Assembly (NCBI RefSeq): GCF_009914755.1
Contig: NC_060925.1
Reading direction: 5' to 3' (one strand)
DNA length: 64,000 nt
Origin: the human T2T-CHM13v2.0 reference genome, Homo sapiens
Positions 63,281 through 64,000 of this stretch are shown here, one piece after another (position 1 is the stretch's first letter; every line of letters begins with the position of its first letter). Below the pieces are notes generated by a model. The model was not told the origin of the DNA, ran no database searches, and saw only the letters and a program-made list of their open reading frames with translations. The position numbers and the translations under genes were made by a program.

Positions 63281-64000
63281 TAGACAGAATGATTCTCAGA
63301 AACTCCTTTGTGATGTGTGCGTTCAACTCACAGAGTTTAACCTTTCTTTTCATAGAGCAGTTAGGAAACACTCTGTTTGTAAACTCTGCAAGTGGATATT
63401 CAGACCTCCTTGAGGCCTTCGTTGGAAACGGGATTTCTTCATATTCTGCTAGACAGAAGAATTCTCAGTAACTTCCTTGTGTTGTGTGTATTCAACTCAC
63501 AGAGTTGAACGATCCTTTACACAGAGCAGACTTGAAAAACTCTTTTCGTGGAATTTGCAAGTGGAGATTTCAGCCGCTTTGAGGTCAATGGTAGAAAAGG
63601 AAATATCTTCGTATAAAGACTAGACAGAATGATTCTCAGAAACTCCTTTGTGATGTGTGCGTTCAACTAACAGAGTTTAACCTTTCTTTTCATAGAGCAG
63701 TTAGGAAACACTCTGTTTGTAAAGTCTGCAAGTGGATATTCAGACCTCCTTGAGTCCTTTGTTGGCAACAGGATTTCTTCCTATTCTGCTAGACAGAAGA
63801 ATTTTCAGTAACTTCCTTGTGTTGTGTGTATTCAACTCACAGAGTTGAACTTTCATTTAGAGAGAGCAGATTTGAAACACTGTTTTTGTGGAATTTGCAA
63901 GTGGAGATTTCAAGCGCTTTGGGGCCAAAGGCAGAAAAGGAAATATCTTCGTATAAAAACTAGACAGAATCATTCTCAGAAACTGCTGCGTGATGTGTGC

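Larger units (their letters stand above)
1..64000 (+). repeat. Centromeric alpha-satellite tandem array (~171-bp monomers in ~340-bp dimers, roughly 188 dimers)
   Basis: Continuous 339-341 bp periodicity, also visible in the ORF track spacing. Hallmark alphoid motifs (cattctcagaaact, ttcaactcacagagtt, ttgaaacactctttttgt, cttcgttggaaacggga) recur from the first to the last line in one orientation. Confidence 0.99.
1..64000 (+). repeat. SF1 (J1/J2 dimeric) HOR array, most likely D1Z7/D5Z2/D19Z3 (S1C1/5/19H1L), organised as B-C-(A)n length variants
   Basis: 340-bp EcoRI dimer with a CENP-B box in alternate monomers. Three diagnostic dimers: A (gaacgatcctttac...cagccgctttgagg), B (ctgacagagttgaactttcatt...ttggggccaaagg...ttcagcggtttgg...gaccacttagagg), C (aattcccag...gttcccttagac...cattcccacaaactgcg...ctgacatcttgtgg, 339 bp). 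B+C+A = 1019 bp, the known 6-mer size. The family assignment is from recall. The chromosome (1, 5 or 19) cannot be fixed without alignment. Confidence 0.85.

Noticed and set aside
68-63471. Hundreds of 60-111 aa ORFs on both strands (MILRNSFVMC..., MFPNCSMKRK..., MCIQLTELNF...)
   Set aside because: They recur at the 340-bp satellite period, overlap on both strands, often begin at GTG/TTG, are freely broken by indels and show no recognisable domain. They are translations of alpha satellite.
1-64000. CRISPR-like or other repeat-spacer system
   Set aside because: There are no unique spacers: the sequence between conserved motifs is itself repeated. No cas or other genes are present.
1-64000. 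L1/Alu insertion or inversion within the array
   Set aside because: No non-alphoid stretch or poly-A tail was seen, and CENP-B boxes keep the same orientation throughout.
1-64000. Assignment to a specific chromosome or to the kinetochore (CENP-A/CDR) site
   Set aside because: The HOR is shared by chromosomes 1, 5 and 19, and kinetochore position is epigenetic. Neither can be read from this sequence without alignment or chromatin data.
1-64000. Centromeric ncRNA gene
   Set aside because: Alpha satellite can be transcribed, but no promoter or discrete transcript boundaries are identifiable here.

Overview
The whole 64 kb window is one uninterrupted, single-orientation primate (human-type) centromeric alpha-satellite array. 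It is built from ~171-bp monomers paired into ~340-bp dimers, with one CENP-B box and usually one EcoRI site per dimer. This matches suprachromosomal family 1, most likely the D1Z7/D5Z2/D19Z3 (S1C1/5/19H1L) higher-order repeat (HOR). Three dimer types are visible, labelled here A, B and C, arranged mostly as B-C-(A)n with n from 1 to 9. The canonical 1019-bp 6-mer is a minority. I see no credible genes, RNA genes, transposons, inversions or CRISPR arrays, and every listed ORF is a satellite artefact. I found no new protein-based system. What is interesting is the array's structural history: (1) an out-of-register 419-bp duplication joined at a 4-bp AGAG microhomology, which adds a 79-bp partial monomer, has spread to 9 sites and forms a 1778-bp non-integer HOR; (2) nested multi-kb duplications with offsets of 4655, 5516, 6115, 11210 and 27338 bp; (3) mappable crossovers and a micro gene-conversion patch; (4) a nascent 1020-bp repeat made only of A dimers; (5) clustered, stepwise decay of CENP-B boxes. 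Block boundaries were read by eye and are approximate.
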